Positions 1 through 11,660 of a stretch of DNA of 50,369 nt are shown here, piece by piece. The stretch lies in assembly GCA_029263945.1 (NCBI GenBank), contig JARIDM010000070.1:1-50369 (forward strand), written 5' to 3'. The notes beneath the pieces are model-generated. The model was not told the origin of the DNA, did no database searches, and was given only the letters and a program-made list of their open reading frames with translations. Made by a program: the position numbers and the translations under genes. The DNA comes from Sporosarcina sp. (GTDB lineage: Bacteria; Bacillota; Bacilli; Bacillales_A; Planococcaceae). Positions within the stretch are counted from its first letter, which is position 1, and each line of letters opens with the position of its first letter.

Positions 1-887
1 CGATCCTCTTCACGCGTCAATCCCCGCGGACGGGTTCCGCCAATTGGACGCGTACTTAACGCTTGTCCTCTTTTTTTCACCAATAACTCAGGCGAACTAG
101 ACACTATAGAAAAATCCTTCGCACCCATCGACGACATATAAGGTGACGGGTTAACAAAACGAAGCGCCTCATACATATCTAACGGATCTACGGATAGTTT
201 CCTTGACTGTCGAACAGAGAGGTTTACTTGTATCACATCCCCTTCTGCAATATAACGTTGGACATCCCGCACCATTTGTTCAAATTCTGGTCCCGTAACA
301 GAAACATCGAGATCATCTTGTTGCGTATCCACCTCCTGAGTAGTAAGCGAACTTTCAGGGACTTGCAACAGCGCCTCTTCCCATTTTAACACCACGTGAT
401 CAGGGTCTATGCCACTCCCTGTTAACGTACTAAAATAAACTTTTTCTGTTTGTACATCCAACACTGCCCATTCATCAAATAAGTAAAAGAACAAATCTGG
501 CGTCTTTAAATCATCACACATAGCTTCAGGTAACGCTTCGTATCTACGTACGTAATCATAGCTAATAAAGCCCATTAGGCCACCTTGAAATCCCGGAAAC
601 ATAGAGGTAGCATCCGTTTCATAAGATGCTGCAAATTCCGTCAGTAACTCAAGCGGATCCCCTTCTACTATTTCCACGTGACCACCACGCCAGCTAATTT
701 CTAATGCATCCCCGTCCAAAGCTTTTAAAGTGGCAAGGGCATTTACGCCCGCAATAGAAAAATTACCGCTTCGACCACTTTCTAGGAGGATATGCTCGTC
801 GGATTCTTGCGCGAGCTGCTTATAGGCCGAGAAAAACTGATCTTTCGTCATCGATGAGTTTGAAAAGGTTCGGATTGGCTTCGTCAT
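1..887 (-). CDS. pabB: aminodeoxychorismate synthase component I / anthranilate synthase component I family (3' end outside window)
   Basis: Not in ORF track because it is truncated. ATG at 887 with GGAGG RBS; reads MTKPIRTF...HILLESGRSG... and at the window edge LSTRPIGGTRPRG; follows cysK as in Bacillus. Confidence 0.85.
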   Translation of the reverse strand, partial: MTKPIRTFSNSSMTKDQFFSAYKQLAQESDEHILLESGRSGNFSIAGVNALATLKALDGDALEISWRGGHVEIVEGDPLELLTEFAASYETDATSMFPGFQGGLMGFISYDYVRRYEALPEAMCDDLKTPDLFFYLFDEWAVLDVQTEKVYFSTLTGSGIDPDHVVLKWEEALLQVPESSLTTQEVDTQQDDLDVSVTGPEFEQMVRDVQRYIAEGDVIQVNLSVRQSRKLSVDPLDMYEALRFVNPSPYMSSMGAKDFSIVSSSPELLVKKRGQALSTRPIGGTRPRGLTREED

Positions 888-952
888 TTATTTACGCCTC
901 CAGGTCGTGATTAATAATTCTATCTTAACGCACAACCAACCCTTTACGCTAT

Positions 953-982
953 AAAAAAAGAAGAAGCAATATAGCTTCTTCT
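953..982 (-). terminator. intrinsic terminator after cysK
   Basis: AGAAGAAGC-aatata-GCTTCTTCT hairpin followed by a T-run on the minus strand. Confidence 0.7.
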
Positions 983-992
983 CCTTACTGTA

Positions 993-1916
993 TTAGTTAT
1001 CGAATTGGTAAAGGGGGGTGCTTAAATAACGTTCTCCGTTCGACGGGAGAACGGCTACCACTTTCTTGCCTTTCCCCAACTTCTTGGCCACTTCAAGTGC
1101 CGCAAAGATAGCCGCTCCTGAAGAGACACCCCCCAGTATACCTTCTTTCCGAGCTGCAAGTCTTGCCGTTTCATAAGACTCGTCATTCGTTACTTGTATA
1201 ATTTCATCGTAAATCGCCGTATCTAATACTTCAGGGATAAATCCTGCGCCAATCCCTTGAATCTTATGAGGGCCAGGCTTGCCTCCAGATAAAACAGCTG
1301 AATCAGTTGGTTCAACTGCAATAATTTTCACGGCAGGAAAACGTTCTTTTAACACTTTGCCCACACCAGTAATTGTACCGCCTGTGCCAATACCTGCAAT
1401 AAAGGCATCTACTTGGTCTAATGCATCTGCAATTTCAGGTCCAGTTGTTAAACGATGAACTTCTGGATTGGCTTCATTGTTAAACTGCTGCGGCATAAAC
1501 CAGCCATTTTCTTTTGATAGTTCTTCAGCCTTTGCAATGGCTCCCTTCATGCCTTCAGCACCAGGTGTAAGAATGAGATCTGCCCCGTAAGCACGAAGTA
1601 AGTTACGTCGTTCCGAACTCATTGTATCTGGCATAACAAGCACTGCTTTATAGCCTTTTGCAGCAGCAATCATCGCTAAACCAATCCCTGTATTTCCACT
1701 TGTTGGTTCTATAATCGTGCTGTCTGCAGTTAGTTCTCCAGATTTTTCTGCAGCTTCAATCATGGCAAGTGCAATTCGATCTTTCACACTCGACCCAGGA
1801 TTAAAGTATTCTAATTTTAAATAGACATCCGCATCTTCTGGACCCGTTAAGCGATTCACTTTAACAAGTGGCGTCTTTCCAACTAAATCTGCTACTGAGT
1901 TCCCTACAATTGTCAT
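993..1916 (-). CDS. cysK: cysteine synthase A
   Basis: [17 protein letters not shown]-lysine motif, [20 protein letters not shown]. Confidence 0.97.
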   Translation of the reverse strand: MTIVGNSVADLVGKTPLVKVNRLTGPEDADVYLKLEYFNPGSSVKDRIALAMIEAAEKSGELTADSTIIEPTSGNTGIGLAMIAAAKGYKAVLVMPDTMSSERRNLLRAYGADLILTPGAEGMKGAIAKAEELSKENGWFMPQQFNNEANPEVHRLTTGPEIADALDQVDAFIAGIGTGGTITGVGKVLKERFPAVKIIAVEPTDSAVLSGGKPGPHKIQGIGAGFIPEVLDTAIYDEIIQVTNDESYETARLAARKEGILGGVSSGAAIFAALEVAKKLGKGKKVVAVLPSNGERYLSTPLYQFDN

Positions 1917-2082
1917 CTTAACCTCTCCTAATCCCTACTATTTTGATATGCTTTAATGAATTAATCTTACGCTCTCGTCGTGTACGTGTCAACTTATATA
2001 TTTATTTCCCTATTTCGCACAATATAATCTTGCACATAAAAAAACATCGCGCAACCATTTTTTGGCTACACAATGTTTTTCT

Positions 2083-3006
2083 TTATTCTCCATAAAACCA
2101 CTTTACGTCGAACTCTTCCCAAAATGCTTCTGGACTCACAGATACAGGTAGTTGTTCAAGCGCAAGTTCTCGTTTTATATGTTCTTTCACATCTTTAAAT
2201 TTAAAAGAACGACCTTTCATCGTATCGGTCACTTGAATGATCGCAAATGTCCCGTCATTAAGAGCGATGACATCACTTACTGTGTTTTCTTTTATTTCAG
2301 ACGCTGCTTTCACAATCGCGGGATCGATGGATTCAACCTGCTCATTTATATAGCCAAGATCTCCACCTAAATTTGCAGAAGACACATCAATCGATCGTTC
2401 TTTGGCAAGCACAGTAAAATTGGATCCTTCTTTAATTTCGCGCTTCGCTTGTGTACCTTCTTCTGCTGTATTCACGAAAATAGCAGCTGTTCGATAGGCT
2501 GTTTTAACATGATAAAGCGTTTTATTTTCTTTAAAATTTGATTTAATCGCTTTATCCTCGATGACAACATCCTTCGTTAATACCTTTTCAAGAATGAGCC
2601 CTGAACGGATCTTTTGACGCATATCTTCTGGTTCTAATCCTGAGTATGCCAGATTATCGACCGAATGAATAAGCGCCAGTTCAAGGTCAATCTCTTTGTC
2701 CGTTACATCGATGTCATTTTTCTTGGCGGCAACTTCCATAACCTTCTCATTGACAAGTTCTAAAAGTGTTTCACGGCCAACCCCTTTTTCCATTGCGGTC
2801 ATCCAGTCTTCACGCGTAATGACTTCACCACTCACAGAAGCGACTTCTTCTTTAGTACCTTGAGATTTTTCAGGGATCAACCACCCGATAAACCAAAAAA
2901 GATTACTTAGAAAAAGGATACCTAGCAAAAAGATCAAAGGCTTTGTTTTTAATTTACGTCTTTTTTGCCTTGTCAATTCCTCTTTATGACTGCGTCCGTA
3001 TTTCAT
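2083..3006 (-). CDS. yacD: membrane-anchored SurA/PrsA-like peptidyl-prolyl isomerase
   Basis: N-terminal TM segment, parvulin-like LAKERSID...GGDLGY; position between hslO and cysK; start uncertain. Confidence 0.85.
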   Translation of the reverse strand: MKYGRSHKEELTRQKRRKLKTKPLIFLLGILFLSNLFWFIGWLIPEKSQGTKEEVASVSGEVITREDWMTAMEKGVGRETLLELVNEKVMEVAAKKNDIDVTDKEIDLELALIHSVDNLAYSGLEPEDMRQKIRSGLILEKVLTKDVVIEDKAIKSNFKENKTLYHVKTAYRTAAIFVNTAEEGTQAKREIKEGSNFTVLAKERSIDVSSANLGGDLGYINEQVESIDPAIVKAASEIKENTVSDVIALNDGTFAIIQVTDTMKGRSFKFKDVKEHIKRELALEQLPVSVSPEAFWEEFDVKWFYGE

Positions 3007-3871
3007 CTAAAAAGCCTTCCAGTTCTGGTTTATGATATACATACGTTTCTAAACAGAAATGACAATGCGCTTCTGCTTGTCCGTCTTCTTCAATCATATC
3101 TCTAATTTCTTTTTCTCCAAGACCGATGATTGCATTTCCAAACCGCTCTCTTGAACAATTACACGCAAATTTAACGTCCATCTTGTCTAGAATTTCTAGA
3201 TTTTCAGCACCAAGTACCGTATTCAGTATTTCCTCTGGTGTCATGCCTTTATCAATCATTGAAGAAATAGGCTCCATTTCCGCAATTTTCGTTTCTAATA
3301 AAGCGAGCGTTTCTTCTGAAGCTCCTGGCATTACTTGAACAATAAAGCCACCTGACGCTTTCACTGTTTTGTCTGGATTCACAAGTACACCTAACGAAAC
3401 CGCAGAAGGTACTTGCTCAGATACAACGAAGTATTGCGTAAAGTCTTCAGCAATTTCACCAGAAACGAGCGGTACTTGCCCAGTAAAGAAGTCGCGAAGG
3501 CCAAGGTCTTTAACAACCGATAACATCCCTTCCGTTCCGACTGCACGACGCACATCAAGTTTCCCTTGTGCATTTGCCTCAAAATGTGTGTGCGGATTCA
3601 TCGCATAGCCGCGCACCTCACCGTGCCCGTTTGCGTCAATAATCATCGAACCCATTGGTCCATTGCCTTCAATTTTCACCGTTAATTTGTCGTCGCCTTT
3701 AACCATTGCACCCATCATAACAACTGCAGTCATTGCTCTACCGAGTGCAGCTGTCGCAGTTGGCCATATATCGTGTCTTTTTTGTACTTCTGAAATTGTT
3801 TCTGTTGAACGCACTGCATAAGCACGAATTTCACCATTAAACGCAAGTGCTTTCACTAAATAATCATTCAT
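2984..3871 (-). CDS. hslO: Hsp33 redox-regulated chaperone
   Basis: CNCS...CHFC zinc switch; MNDYLVKALA N-terminus. Confidence 0.96.
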   Translation of the reverse strand: MNDYLVKALAFNGEIRAYAVRSTETISEVQKRHDIWPTATAALGRAMTAVVMMGAMVKGDDKLTVKIEGNGPMGSMIIDANGHGEVRGYAMNPHTHFEANAQGKLDVRRAVGTEGMLSVVKDLGLRDFFTGQVPLVSGEIAEDFTQYFVVSEQVPSAVSLGVLVNPDKTVKASGGFIVQVMPGASEETLALLETKIAEMEPISSMIDKGMTPEEILNTVLGAENLEILDKMDVKFACNCSRERFGNAIIGLGEKEIRDMIEEDGQAEAHCHFCLETYVYHKPELEGFLDEIRTQS

Positions 3872-3886
3872 TTTGCTCTACTCCTT

Positions 3887-4651
3887 CTATTTGTTGCGCT
3901 CGTAAATGAGGTACAACCCTTTTAACGTTAAATAATTGTCGACGACATCAATGACTGATGATTCGCTTGCGATTAAGTCCGCTAATCCCCCAGTTCCGAT
4001 CACTTTAGGTGCTTCTTTACTTTGCGCTTTCATACGGGCAACAATGCCCTCTACTTGTCCAACATATCCGTAAACGATGCCCGATTGCATCGCAGCAACT
4101 GTGTTCTTACCAACAACTTGATCGGGTTTAGCTAGTTTAATGCGCGGTAATTTCGAAGCACGTTCAAAAAGCGCTTCCATCGAAATTCCAATGCCTGGTG
4201 CAATCGCGCCGCCCATATACCCACCCTCACCATCGACGTAACAATAAGTAGTTGCCGTACCGAAATCTACAATAATTAGTGGTGCTCCGTATTCTTCGAT
4301 CGCCGCAACAGCATTCACGATCCGGTCAGCACCCACTTCTCGTGGATTTTCATATTTGATATTGAGACCTGTTTTAACACCGGGCCCAACAATTAATGGC
4401 TTTTGATTAAAATACTTACGACACATTTGCTCTAAGGGAAACATAACTGGCGGGACAACAGAAGAAATAATAATGCCTTCTATGTCCTCAAACTGAAGAC
4501 CGACATGCGTGAATAGTGCCTTCACTTGCATGGCGTATTCGTCTTCCGTCTTATGTCTATAGGTTTCCATACGCCAATGATATTTTAATTGATCGCCCTC
4601 ATATACACCTAAAACGATATTTGTATTTCCCGTATCCATGACTAAAATCAT
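3887..4651 (-). CDS. coaX: type III pantothenate kinase
   Basis: Likely start [11 protein letters not shown] at 4651 (track ORF over-extended into ftsH); [12 protein letters not shown] motifs. Confidence 0.95.
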   Translation of the reverse strand: MILVMDTGNTNIVLGVYEGDQLKYHWRMETYRHKTEDEYAMQVKALFTHVGLQFEDIEGIIISSVVPPVMFPLEQMCRKYFNQKPLIVGPGVKTGLNIKYENPREVGADRIVNAVAAIEEYGAPLIIVDFGTATTYCYVDGEGGYMGGAIAPGIGISMEALFERASKLPRIKLAKPDQVVGKNTVAAMQSGIVYGYVGQVEGIVARMKAQSKEAPKVIGTGGLADLIASESSVIDVVDNYLTLKGLYLIYERNK

Positions 4652-4706
4652 ATTAAATCCCTCGCTCGCTTCGACATTTTCCAACATATCATACCACATA
4701 TGTAGT

Positions 4707-4747
4707 AAAAAAAAGAGCCGACTGCTTCGAAAGAAAACAGTCAACTC
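4707..4747 (-). terminator. intrinsic terminator after ftsH
   Basis: GAGCCGACTG...CAGTCAACTC stem followed by T8 on the minus strand. Confidence 0.7.
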
Positions 4748-4754
4748 GATTTTA

Positions 4755-6770
4755 TTAATCTCTACGTTCTTCTTGTATTGAATCAGATGGTAATTCTGGC
4801 GGTTGCTCACTAGGCAAATCACCAATTGAAGGATCACTTGACGCACCAGTTGCATCAGGAATAGGCGTCTCTTCAGTCTTGTCACTATCTGAACTTGTTG
4901 TTTCTTTACTATTATTATCATAGCCACGCTCTGGAAGTGTCCCATGATCTTGTAAATGATTTATTTGTTCCGCATCAAGCGTCTCAACTTCAAGAAGCGT
5001 TGTTGCGATCAACGTTAGTAAATCACGTTTTTCAGTCAAAATATCTCTCGTACGTTCATATTGCTCTTTCACAATTCTTTGCATCTCTTGGTCAATTTCA
5101 TATGCGATTGATTCAGAGTAGTTTTGTTCAGAGTTGAAATCACGTCCAAGGAATACTTGACTGCCTTGCGATTGCCCGAATTGTATTGGGCCGAGCTTAT
5201 CACTCATCCCGTATTCAGTAACCATAGAACGTGCGATTGCTGTTGCACGTTGGAAGTCATTATGAGCGCCAGTAGACACTTCACCTAAGATGACTTCTTC
5301 TGCGACACGTCCACCAAGTAGTCCTGCAATCTTATCAAGAAGTTCTGGTTTGGTCATAAAGTAACGATCTTCTTTAGGAAGCATAACCGCATAACCGCCG
5401 GCTTGACCACGGGGAACAATGGTAACCTTGTGAACAATATCTGCCTCATCCAGTGTAAGCCCGATCACAACGTGACCCGCTTCGTGGAAGGCAACAATAT
5501 TACGTTCTTTTTCTGAAATGACGCGGCTTGTTTTAGCTGGACCTGCAATGACACGGTCTGTCGCTTCATCAATGTCCGACATATCAATTTTAACCTTGCC
5601 TCGTCTGGCAGCTACTAATGCAGACTCATTCAAAAGATTCTCAAGATCCGCACCAGAAAATCCTGGCGTACGCTGAGCTAATGCTTTCAAGTTAACGGTG
5701 TCGTCAAACGGCTTATTACGCGCATGAACTTTTAGAACTGCTTCTCTTCCTACAACATCCGGACGACCTACTGTAATTTGACGGTCAAAACGTCCTGGAC
5801 GAAGAAGTGCAGGGTCTAAAATATCTGGACGGTTTGTTGCGGCAATAATAATAATGCCTTCATTTTCACCAAACCCATCCATTTCTACAAGTAACTGGTT
5901 CAACGTTTGCTCTCGCTCGTCATGTCCACCACCAAGGCCTGCGCCACGCTGACGACCAACTGCATCAATCTCATCTATGAAGATGATACAAGGAGAATTC
6001 TTTTTCGCATTTTCAAACAAGTCACGCACACGAGATGCACCGACACCAACGAACATTTCCACGAAATCAGAACCTGAAATCGAGAAGAACGGAACGCCAG
6101 CTTCTCCAGCAACAGCACGTGCAAGTAATGTTTTACCAGTACCTGGAGGTCCTACAAGAAGAAGCCCTTGCGGAATACGCGCACCAATTTTAATAAACTT
6201 ACGTGGGTCTTTCAAGAAATCAACAACTTCTATTAATTCAGCTTTTTCTTCATCAGCACCTGCTACGTCATCAAAACTCACTTTGTCTTTGTCATCTGTG
6301 TGGAGCTTCGCTTTACTCTTTCCAAAGTTCATCACTCGGCCACCACCGCCGCCTCCGCCTTGTGCTTGATTCAGCAGGAAGAAGAACAGGATAAAGATGA
6401 TGATAAACGGAAGAAGTCCAGTAAAGAATGACAGTAACGCACTAGGTGTTGGCGTTGGTAAAACTTCAATCTCCGTCTTCGTCTCCAAAGCAAGCGCACG
6501 AATGTCCTCTTGAACAGCAACATCATCCAAGATATTCGTGATGAATGTCTCGCCTTCCTTATAGCCTTTCATTTCACCTTGTACTTCAAGAACAAGTTGA
6601 AGTGGCTGCAAGGTTACGGAAGTTACTTCTCCACTTTCAAGTGCAGTAATAAATTCATCATACCGAATTTCTTTTGTTTTCGGATTTGGATTGTTCAGTG
6701 AACCAAAAATTCCTACAATCGCTAGGAAAATTAGTCCATATAAAAGAAAGTATCGAAGTATTCGATTCAT
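4755..6770 (-). CDS. ftsH: ATP-dependent zinc metalloprotease FtsH
   Basis: Two TMs, [28 protein letters not shown]. Confidence 0.98.
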   Translation of the reverse strand: MNRILRYFLLYGLIFLAIVGIFGSLNNPNPKTKEIRYDEFITALESGEVTSVTLQPLQLVLEVQGEMKGYKEGETFITNILDDVAVQEDIRALALETKTEIEVLPTPTPSALLSFFTGLLPFIIIFILFFFLLNQAQGGGGGGGRVMNFGKSKAKLHTDDKDKVSFDDVAGADEEKAELIEVVDFLKDPRKFIKIGARIPQGLLLVGPPGTGKTLLARAVAGEAGVPFFSISGSDFVEMFVGVGASRVRDLFENAKKNSPCIIFIDEIDAVGRQRGAGLGGGHDEREQTLNQLLVEMDGFGENEGIIIIAATNRPDILDPALLRPGRFDRQITVGRPDVVGREAVLKVHARNKPFDDTVNLKALAQRTPGFSGADLENLLNESALVAARRGKVKIDMSDIDEATDRVIAGPAKTSRVISEKERNIVAFHEAGHVVIGLTLDEADIVHKVTIVPRGQAGGYAVMLPKEDRYFMTKPELLDKIAGLLGGRVAEEVILGEVSTGAHNDFQRATAIARSMVTEYGMSDKLGPIQFGQSQGSQVFLGRDFNSEQNYSESIAYEIDQEMQRIVKEQYERTRDILTEKRDLLTLIATTLLEVETLDAEQINHLQDHGTLPERGYDNNSKETTSSDSDKTEETPIPDATGASSDPSIGDLPSEQPPELPSDSIQEERRD

Positions 6771-6899
6771 CCCTAGGCCTCCTCATTTCATTAAACAGAA
6801 AACTATTGTAAATCTTATCATAGATAAGTTTCAACCTACAACAAAAAGGCCTTACAAAAAGTTTTCCTTCCTTTTATAAATTTAGGTTAGTAAAACGTC

Positions 6900-7442
6900 T
6901 TAAAAAGAATAGATTTCCTTTTTCAAAACACCGATATACGGTAGGTTTCTATACTTCTCCATGTAGTCAAGTCCATAACCAACAACAAAAGCATCTGGCA
7001 CATTAAAACCGATTAAATCTGCTTGAATATCCGCTTTTCGGCCACTTGGCTTATCAAGGAGTGTGACAATTTTAATAGAATTCGCTTTCCGGTACTTCAT
7101 AAGTTCTACAAGATAACTAAGCGTTTTACCACTATCTATAATGTCTTCGATAATGAGTACATCGCGCCCTTCAACACTCGCGTTTAAATCTTTAACGATT
7201 TTCACTTCACCCGATGAGACTGTCGCATTGCCGTAGCTAGATACGTCCATAAAATCAAGTTCAATATACGTGTCAATTCGTTTAATGAGATCGCTCATGA
7301 AAGGAAGGCCACCCTTTAAAACACCAATTGCCAATGGAAACTTGCCTTCATATTCCTCTGTCAAAACCGCACCGAGTTCTACAATCTTTTCTTGGATTTC
7401 TTGTTCTGATATTAATACTTCTTCAATGTCATTTGCTAGCAT
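6900..7442 (-). CDS. hpt: hypoxanthine phosphoribosyltransferase
   Basis: [17 protein letters not shown] motif, FVVGYGLDY. Confidence 0.97.
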   Translation of the reverse strand: MLANDIEEVLISEQEIQEKIVELGAVLTEEYEGKFPLAIGVLKGGLPFMSDLIKRIDTYIELDFMDVSSYGNATVSSGEVKIVKDLNASVEGRDVLIIEDIIDSGKTLSYLVELMKYRKANSIKIVTLLDKPSGRKADIQADLIGFNVPDAFVVGYGLDYMEKYRNLPYIGVLKKEIYSF

Positions 7443-7571
7443 CGAAATTCCTCCTAAATAAAATCCATTACACCTCAGTGTAATAGCCTTACAGCATACG
7501 ATCTTTAAAACTAAAGTTACTTACCACTTACCTAGCGATTCCCTAGGCCAGGAGACTTCTACTACAGCAAA

Positions 7572-8975
7572 TTAAATCTTTCCCACTAAAAATATGTATT
7601 TGCTCGTTGCAGTCTTGTTTTTAGTAAATACTTCCCCATATCGTAAACCAGGAACAGCACAAACGCTCCCTTTTTTCGTCAATAAAACTGGTAAATCATC
7701 ACGTAAGACTTTCCCAACTTTTTCGTCGATAAAAAGCCTAGACAAACGTTTGGCACTGGTCATTCCTGGTAACATCATTCGATCCCCTTCTTTTCTCGTT
7801 CTCACAGAAAAAGGCAAGGACCCATCAGGTAAATCGAAATACATGATTTCAGTGGCAGCTGACCATATACTCGGTTGTACATCTTCAGCATGCCCCCAGT
7901 ACAACCATGTGTTATTCATCCAAGTGACTTGCCTCCCTATAGGTACGACTTGAGAGACATCCTTCTCTTGAATTTCATCTCGAGAAACGAATGTAAATTT
8001 ATCGTACTCCCGTATAAAACGAAACCCTAAAGGTAAATCAATCGCTACATTTCCCTCTTTAGAACGGAGATGTACCATAAGATTTTCAATCAGTTCCGAT
8101 CCATAGGCAATAGGTCTATTTTTTTTATGATAAAGATACCCTAATAGTAGAGGAATTGCTCTTCTTTGTAAAGCAGTTGGCATAGCATTGAACGTTCTGA
8201 TATCTATACAAGGGAAGCCTTCCGAAGAAAACGTTAGGTTCCTATCAATCCATTCTTTTGCATACGTTTGAAGAAGCGCTTCATCCGCTTGTAATTCTTT
8301 CGTTAAACCGACGACTTTTTCTGCCGCCACTGGGTTTTCACGAATAATATGTGGAACAACTTCTTGGCGAAAACGGTTGCGCATATAAGCTCGACTTGAA
8401 TTACTTGGATCTTCATGAAAATGAATTTCAAATTTTGTGGCGTAGGCATAAAGTGCTTCCTTTACAACAGGGAGAAAAGGGCGTATGAGTAGCCCTTCCC
8501 CTATCGCTCTTTTTGTGGGCATTCCTAAAGCGTGATTTCCTTTCGTCACTTGCATGAGCACCGTCTCCAATTGGTCCTCAGCATGATGAGCCGTGGCCAA
8601 TCGTTCATAGTGGTAATCTTTCATAATCTGCTCAAAGAAAGCATACCTTCCTTCCCGACAAACCGCTTGTACATTGCCCCCTTTTTGCTCAAGAATGAGC
8701 GGCACAGGCACACTTCCACTGTAAAAAGGAACAGCAAGTTCAGTGCAAAAGTCTTCAACCAGCACCGCGTCTGCAGCTGATTCTTCTCCGCGTAACATGT
8801 GGTCTACATGTACCGCGCCAACTTCAATATCGAGACGCTGCCTATGAAGCGCTAAGAAGTGAAGAAGCACCATTGAATCGACACCGCCTGAACATGCAAC
8901 CAGAATTCTACTTTTAGCAGTAAATAACTGCTCTGCTTGAATAAAGTCCAACACCTTTTTATCGAATTCCTTCAC
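7572..8975 (-). CDS. tilS: tRNA(Ile)-lysidine synthase
   Basis: SGGVDS PP-loop, HVDHMLRG, TAHHAEDQLET, RNRFR. Confidence 0.95.
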   Translation of the reverse strand: MKEFDKKVLDFIQAEQLFTAKSRILVACSGGVDSMVLLHFLALHRQRLDIEVGAVHVDHMLRGEESAADAVLVEDFCTELAVPFYSGSVPVPLILEQKGGNVQAVCREGRYAFFEQIMKDYHYERLATAHHAEDQLETVLMQVTKGNHALGMPTKRAIGEGLLIRPFLPVVKEALYAYATKFEIHFHEDPSNSSRAYMRNRFRQEVVPHIIRENPVAAEKVVGLTKELQADEALLQTYAKEWIDRNLTFSSEGFPCIDIRTFNAMPTALQRRAIPLLLGYLYHKKNRPIAYGSELIENLMVHLRSKEGNVAIDLPLGFRFIREYDKFTFVSRDEIQEKDVSQVVPIGRQVTWMNNTWLYWGHAEDVQPSIWSAATEIMYFDLPDGSLPFSVRTRKEGDRMMLPGMTSAKRLSRLFIDEKVGKVLRDDLPVLLTKKGSVCAVPGLRYGEVFTKNKTATSKYIFLVGKI

Positions 8976-8994
8976 CCTTTCACACCCTTTCCTC

Positions 8995-11397
8995 TTATTG
9001 TGCCGTAATTTGAGCGTAAGGTGTAAAGCTCGACCAGTCTGGTAAAATATGATCTACCTTTAACACCAATACAGTTCGATCATCTTCGAAAGGACGAAAA
9101 CGCCGTTCTAGTTCATTGATAATCCGTTCTGCGATTTCTTCACAATCTGCTTGTCCATATCTCTCCAGTATACCGTATAACGCTTTTTCTTGTAACTCTA
9201 AAGCGACGTCTCCGTTAAATACACCATCTGTTGTCATTACTAAAATATCACCTGATTTCAATGCTTCATTTTTTGCCTCAATTGTAAGCGAGGGTAAAAA
9301 ACCAACCGGCACAGATTTACTATCCAACCTTATAAAGTCTCTTCCCCGCTTAATATACGTACTCATAGATCCAGCTTTCCATGACCACAGTCGCCCCTCC
9401 TGCAAATCAATTAATGCGAGATCTAGTGTTGCATACATATCATCAAGTCCATTTAACGACATCATATAATGAAGCGTATGCATTGCCGTTTCAGGGTCCA
9501 TCTTATGGTTCAGACATTCTCTCATGAGTCGTATTACCTTACGACTTTCATGATAAGCATTCACGTCTTGTCCCATCCCGTCCGATAGTAAAACAGCTGT
9601 TAAGCCCTCATGGATTGGGAAAACCTCATGTGCATCCCCTGGTCGAAACGATTGTTCACCTGATGTTGCAACCACACCGTAATCTACGCTAAAACGAACA
9701 GAAGAACCCAGCGTAACTCGAATATGCGGGAACGGTTCTTGTTTAACAGTCGTTTTCACCACTTGAAATGGTTCCTCATAATACGTCTCTAAAACTGGTA
9801 AGATGAAACGCTCTGCCATTGTTGTATCAGATTCAAAGTCTGACTTTTTCTCGGGAATACAACAAACTACACGGCGTTCACCTGGTTCTTCGCATAATAC
9901 ATCTATTTGAAAATACTCAATCCCCTGAGCTTCTAATCGCTTCGCTAATTCTTCTTCTGTTGGTTTATAGACAGACAAGTCTTCCTTGATATCGTGCATG
10001 ACTTTATCCAAATGTGTACTCATATCTCTTAATTGTAAAGCGAGCATTTTTCGTCCATGCTGCAATTGACCACTTAATAAACGTGTGGCTGCAAGCTCTT
10101 CCATCTCTTCCAACAAGCCTGGAAACCGAATACATTTATACTTAATCTTCTCTTCAACACGATGCCGAGCCGACTTTCTCGTCATTGAATACGTTGTTTC
10201 CCATTCATAAATTAGCCGATCCATATCGCGCTCTTCACTCTCCCAACACTTCGCATAGCGAAAACAAGATTGACAAACACTAGGGGTCGTCATTTGCTCT
10301 GTTTCATTTACAAGCCCTCGCTCACCACTCTTCCCACTAACTAAAGACGACATGAGCTCAGCAAACTGTTGGAAATCATTTAACTGCTCATCTAATCTTT
10401 CCGTAAGCCATTTTTGCTGTTTCTTTTCATATTCACCACTTACAGGAAAAAAAACACGGTGAAGCGGCGCCAACTTCTTCGTCGGAATCAACATAAAGAG
10501 TATGGTAGCAACAGCAATTGACGCGAAATAGGTACTGTCTAATGGCAGCGTTAAATCATACATGTAAAAAAACAACGAAACTGCGCACGCTCCAGTTGCA
10601 ATACCTATTTTTCCAAACTTGCGAAGTGCCCCTGCAAAAAATCCTGTCATCCCATAAACTGCCATCATGCCTGTAAACGAAAGCTCTGATAATCCAACAA
10701 TCGCAGCAATGATCATGGCCACTGTCGTTGCAAAAGGCAAACCGCCCACTGATGCAGCAATCAAAATGGTTATATGAATTAATAAACCCGCAATTGCAAT
10801 AGGTCCAATCAGTAACCCGTGCATCCCTGTAATCATCATGGCACCCACAATACATGCGGCACCCAAACGTTCCGGGGTCCATTCGCCAAAGAAAATACGA
10901 TCGGCAGGGGGAAAAGCAACAAATAGAAAGAAAGTCATAAATAAGGCTAAAATGACTTCAAAACCAATAAAGAACTGAACATCCATAGGTAGTTGCCCAG
11001 CATGTATGATGAACTGCCATAATACTTGTACAATAAGAATACAGCCCGCAACCGTTAATTGCACTGACTTCCGTGCAAATGGATATCGAATTATTGCGTT
11101 AAATAAACCGAGTTGGAGTAAATGGATTACAGCTTGTCCAATCCCGAGCAATGCACCTCCAGCAATTCCTCCAATAAAGACCCAAACTAAATGTTTTCTA
11201 AACCGCGCACGTGCCAATGCCCAAATCGGTAAAAAGAAAGGTACCGCAGCATCAAATAGAACAGCTTGCGCAAGGAAAAAAGAACCTATTAAAAACAGTA
11301 AAGTTAATATGATGTCCATCTTTTTCCTTTTAATTCTTTCGATATACAAACGAATCGGATTCATAATCGGTCGGTCTACATTACTAACTAATTTCAT
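8995..11397 (-). CDS. spoIIE: stage II sporulation protein E, PP2C phosphatase
   Basis: Multi-TM N-terminus, CQSCFRYAKCW, C-terminal PP2C motifs LLSDGMG, ATLDL, TDGV, DDRTV; conserved position. Confidence 0.93.
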   Translation of the reverse strand: MKLVSNVDRPIMNPIRLYIERIKRKKMDIILTLLFLIGSFFLAQAVLFDAAVPFFLPIWALARARFRKHLVWVFIGGIAGGALLGIGQAVIHLLQLGLFNAIIRYPFARKSVQLTVAGCILIVQVLWQFIIHAGQLPMDVQFFIGFEVILALFMTFFLFVAFPPADRIFFGEWTPERLGAACIVGAMMITGMHGLLIGPIAIAGLLIHITILIAASVGGLPFATTVAMIIAAIVGLSELSFTGMMAVYGMTGFFAGALRKFGKIGIATGACAVSLFFYMYDLTLPLDSTYFASIAVATILFMLIPTKKLAPLHRVFFPVSGEYEKKQQKWLTERLDEQLNDFQQFAELMSSLVSGKSGERGLVNETEQMTTPSVCQSCFRYAKCWESEERDMDRLIYEWETTYSMTRKSARHRVEEKIKYKCIRFPGLLEEMEELAATRLLSGQLQHGRKMLALQLRDMSTHLDKVMHDIKEDLSVYKPTEEELAKRLEAQGIEYFQIDVLCEEPGERRVVCCIPEKKSDFESDTTMAERFILPVLETYYEEPFQVVKTTVKQEPFPHIRVTLGSSVRFSVDYGVVATSGEQSFRPGDAHEVFPIHEGLTAVLLSDGMGQDVNAYHESRKVIRLMRECLNHKMDPETAMHTLHYMMSLNGLDDMYATLDLALIDLQEGRLWSWKAGSMSTYIKRGRDFIRLDSKSVPVGFLPSLTIEAKNEALKSGDILVMTTDGVFNGDVALELQEKALYGILERYGQADCEEIAERIINELERRFRPFEDDRTVLVLKVDHILPDWSSFTPYAQITAQ

Positions 11398-11526
11398 TTT
11401 CCTTCCCCCTTATGTTGGCGTACCTCTGAGTATACATAGGGGGTGTAAAAGAATTTGTCTGTTCATGCGAGTAAACCAATAAAAGTTTTCGACTCTTTCC
11501 GAACTATTTTTCAATTGCATTCGCTA

Positions 11527-11555
11527 TTGACTTCTAGTCACAAGCGCTGTATTAT
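11527..11555 (+). promoter_or_regulatory. sigma-A promoter of tRNA-Met
   Basis: TTGACT-17 nt-TATTAT just upstream of the tRNA. Confidence 0.75.
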
Positions 11556-11574
11556 AAGAAATGTTGTTTAAGAA

Positions 11575-11648
11575 GGCGGCGTAGCTCAGCTGGCTAGAGC
11601 GTCCGGTTCATACCCGTAAGGTCGGGGGTTCGACTCCCTCCGCCGCCA
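11575..11648 (+). tRNA. tRNA-Met (CAT), elongator type; CCA not encoded
   Basis: GGCGGCG/CGCCGCC acceptor stem, TAGCTCAGCTGGCTAGAGC D-arm, TTCATAC anticodon loop, GGTTCGACTCC T-arm. Confidence 0.95.
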
Positions 11649-11660
11649 TAAGCGTATTTT

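Noticed and set aside
4652-4945. N-terminal extension of CoaX in the ORF track (similar extensions for rsmI, spoVT, yabE, metG, yaaO, sspF, hrtA)
   Set aside because: Extensions overlap neighbouring genes, terminators or promoters; downstream starts have an RBS and match family N-termini
6338-6360. Gly7 run in FtsH and Pro/Arg/Gly repeats in YabR
   Set aside because: Ordinary low-complexity linkers in these families
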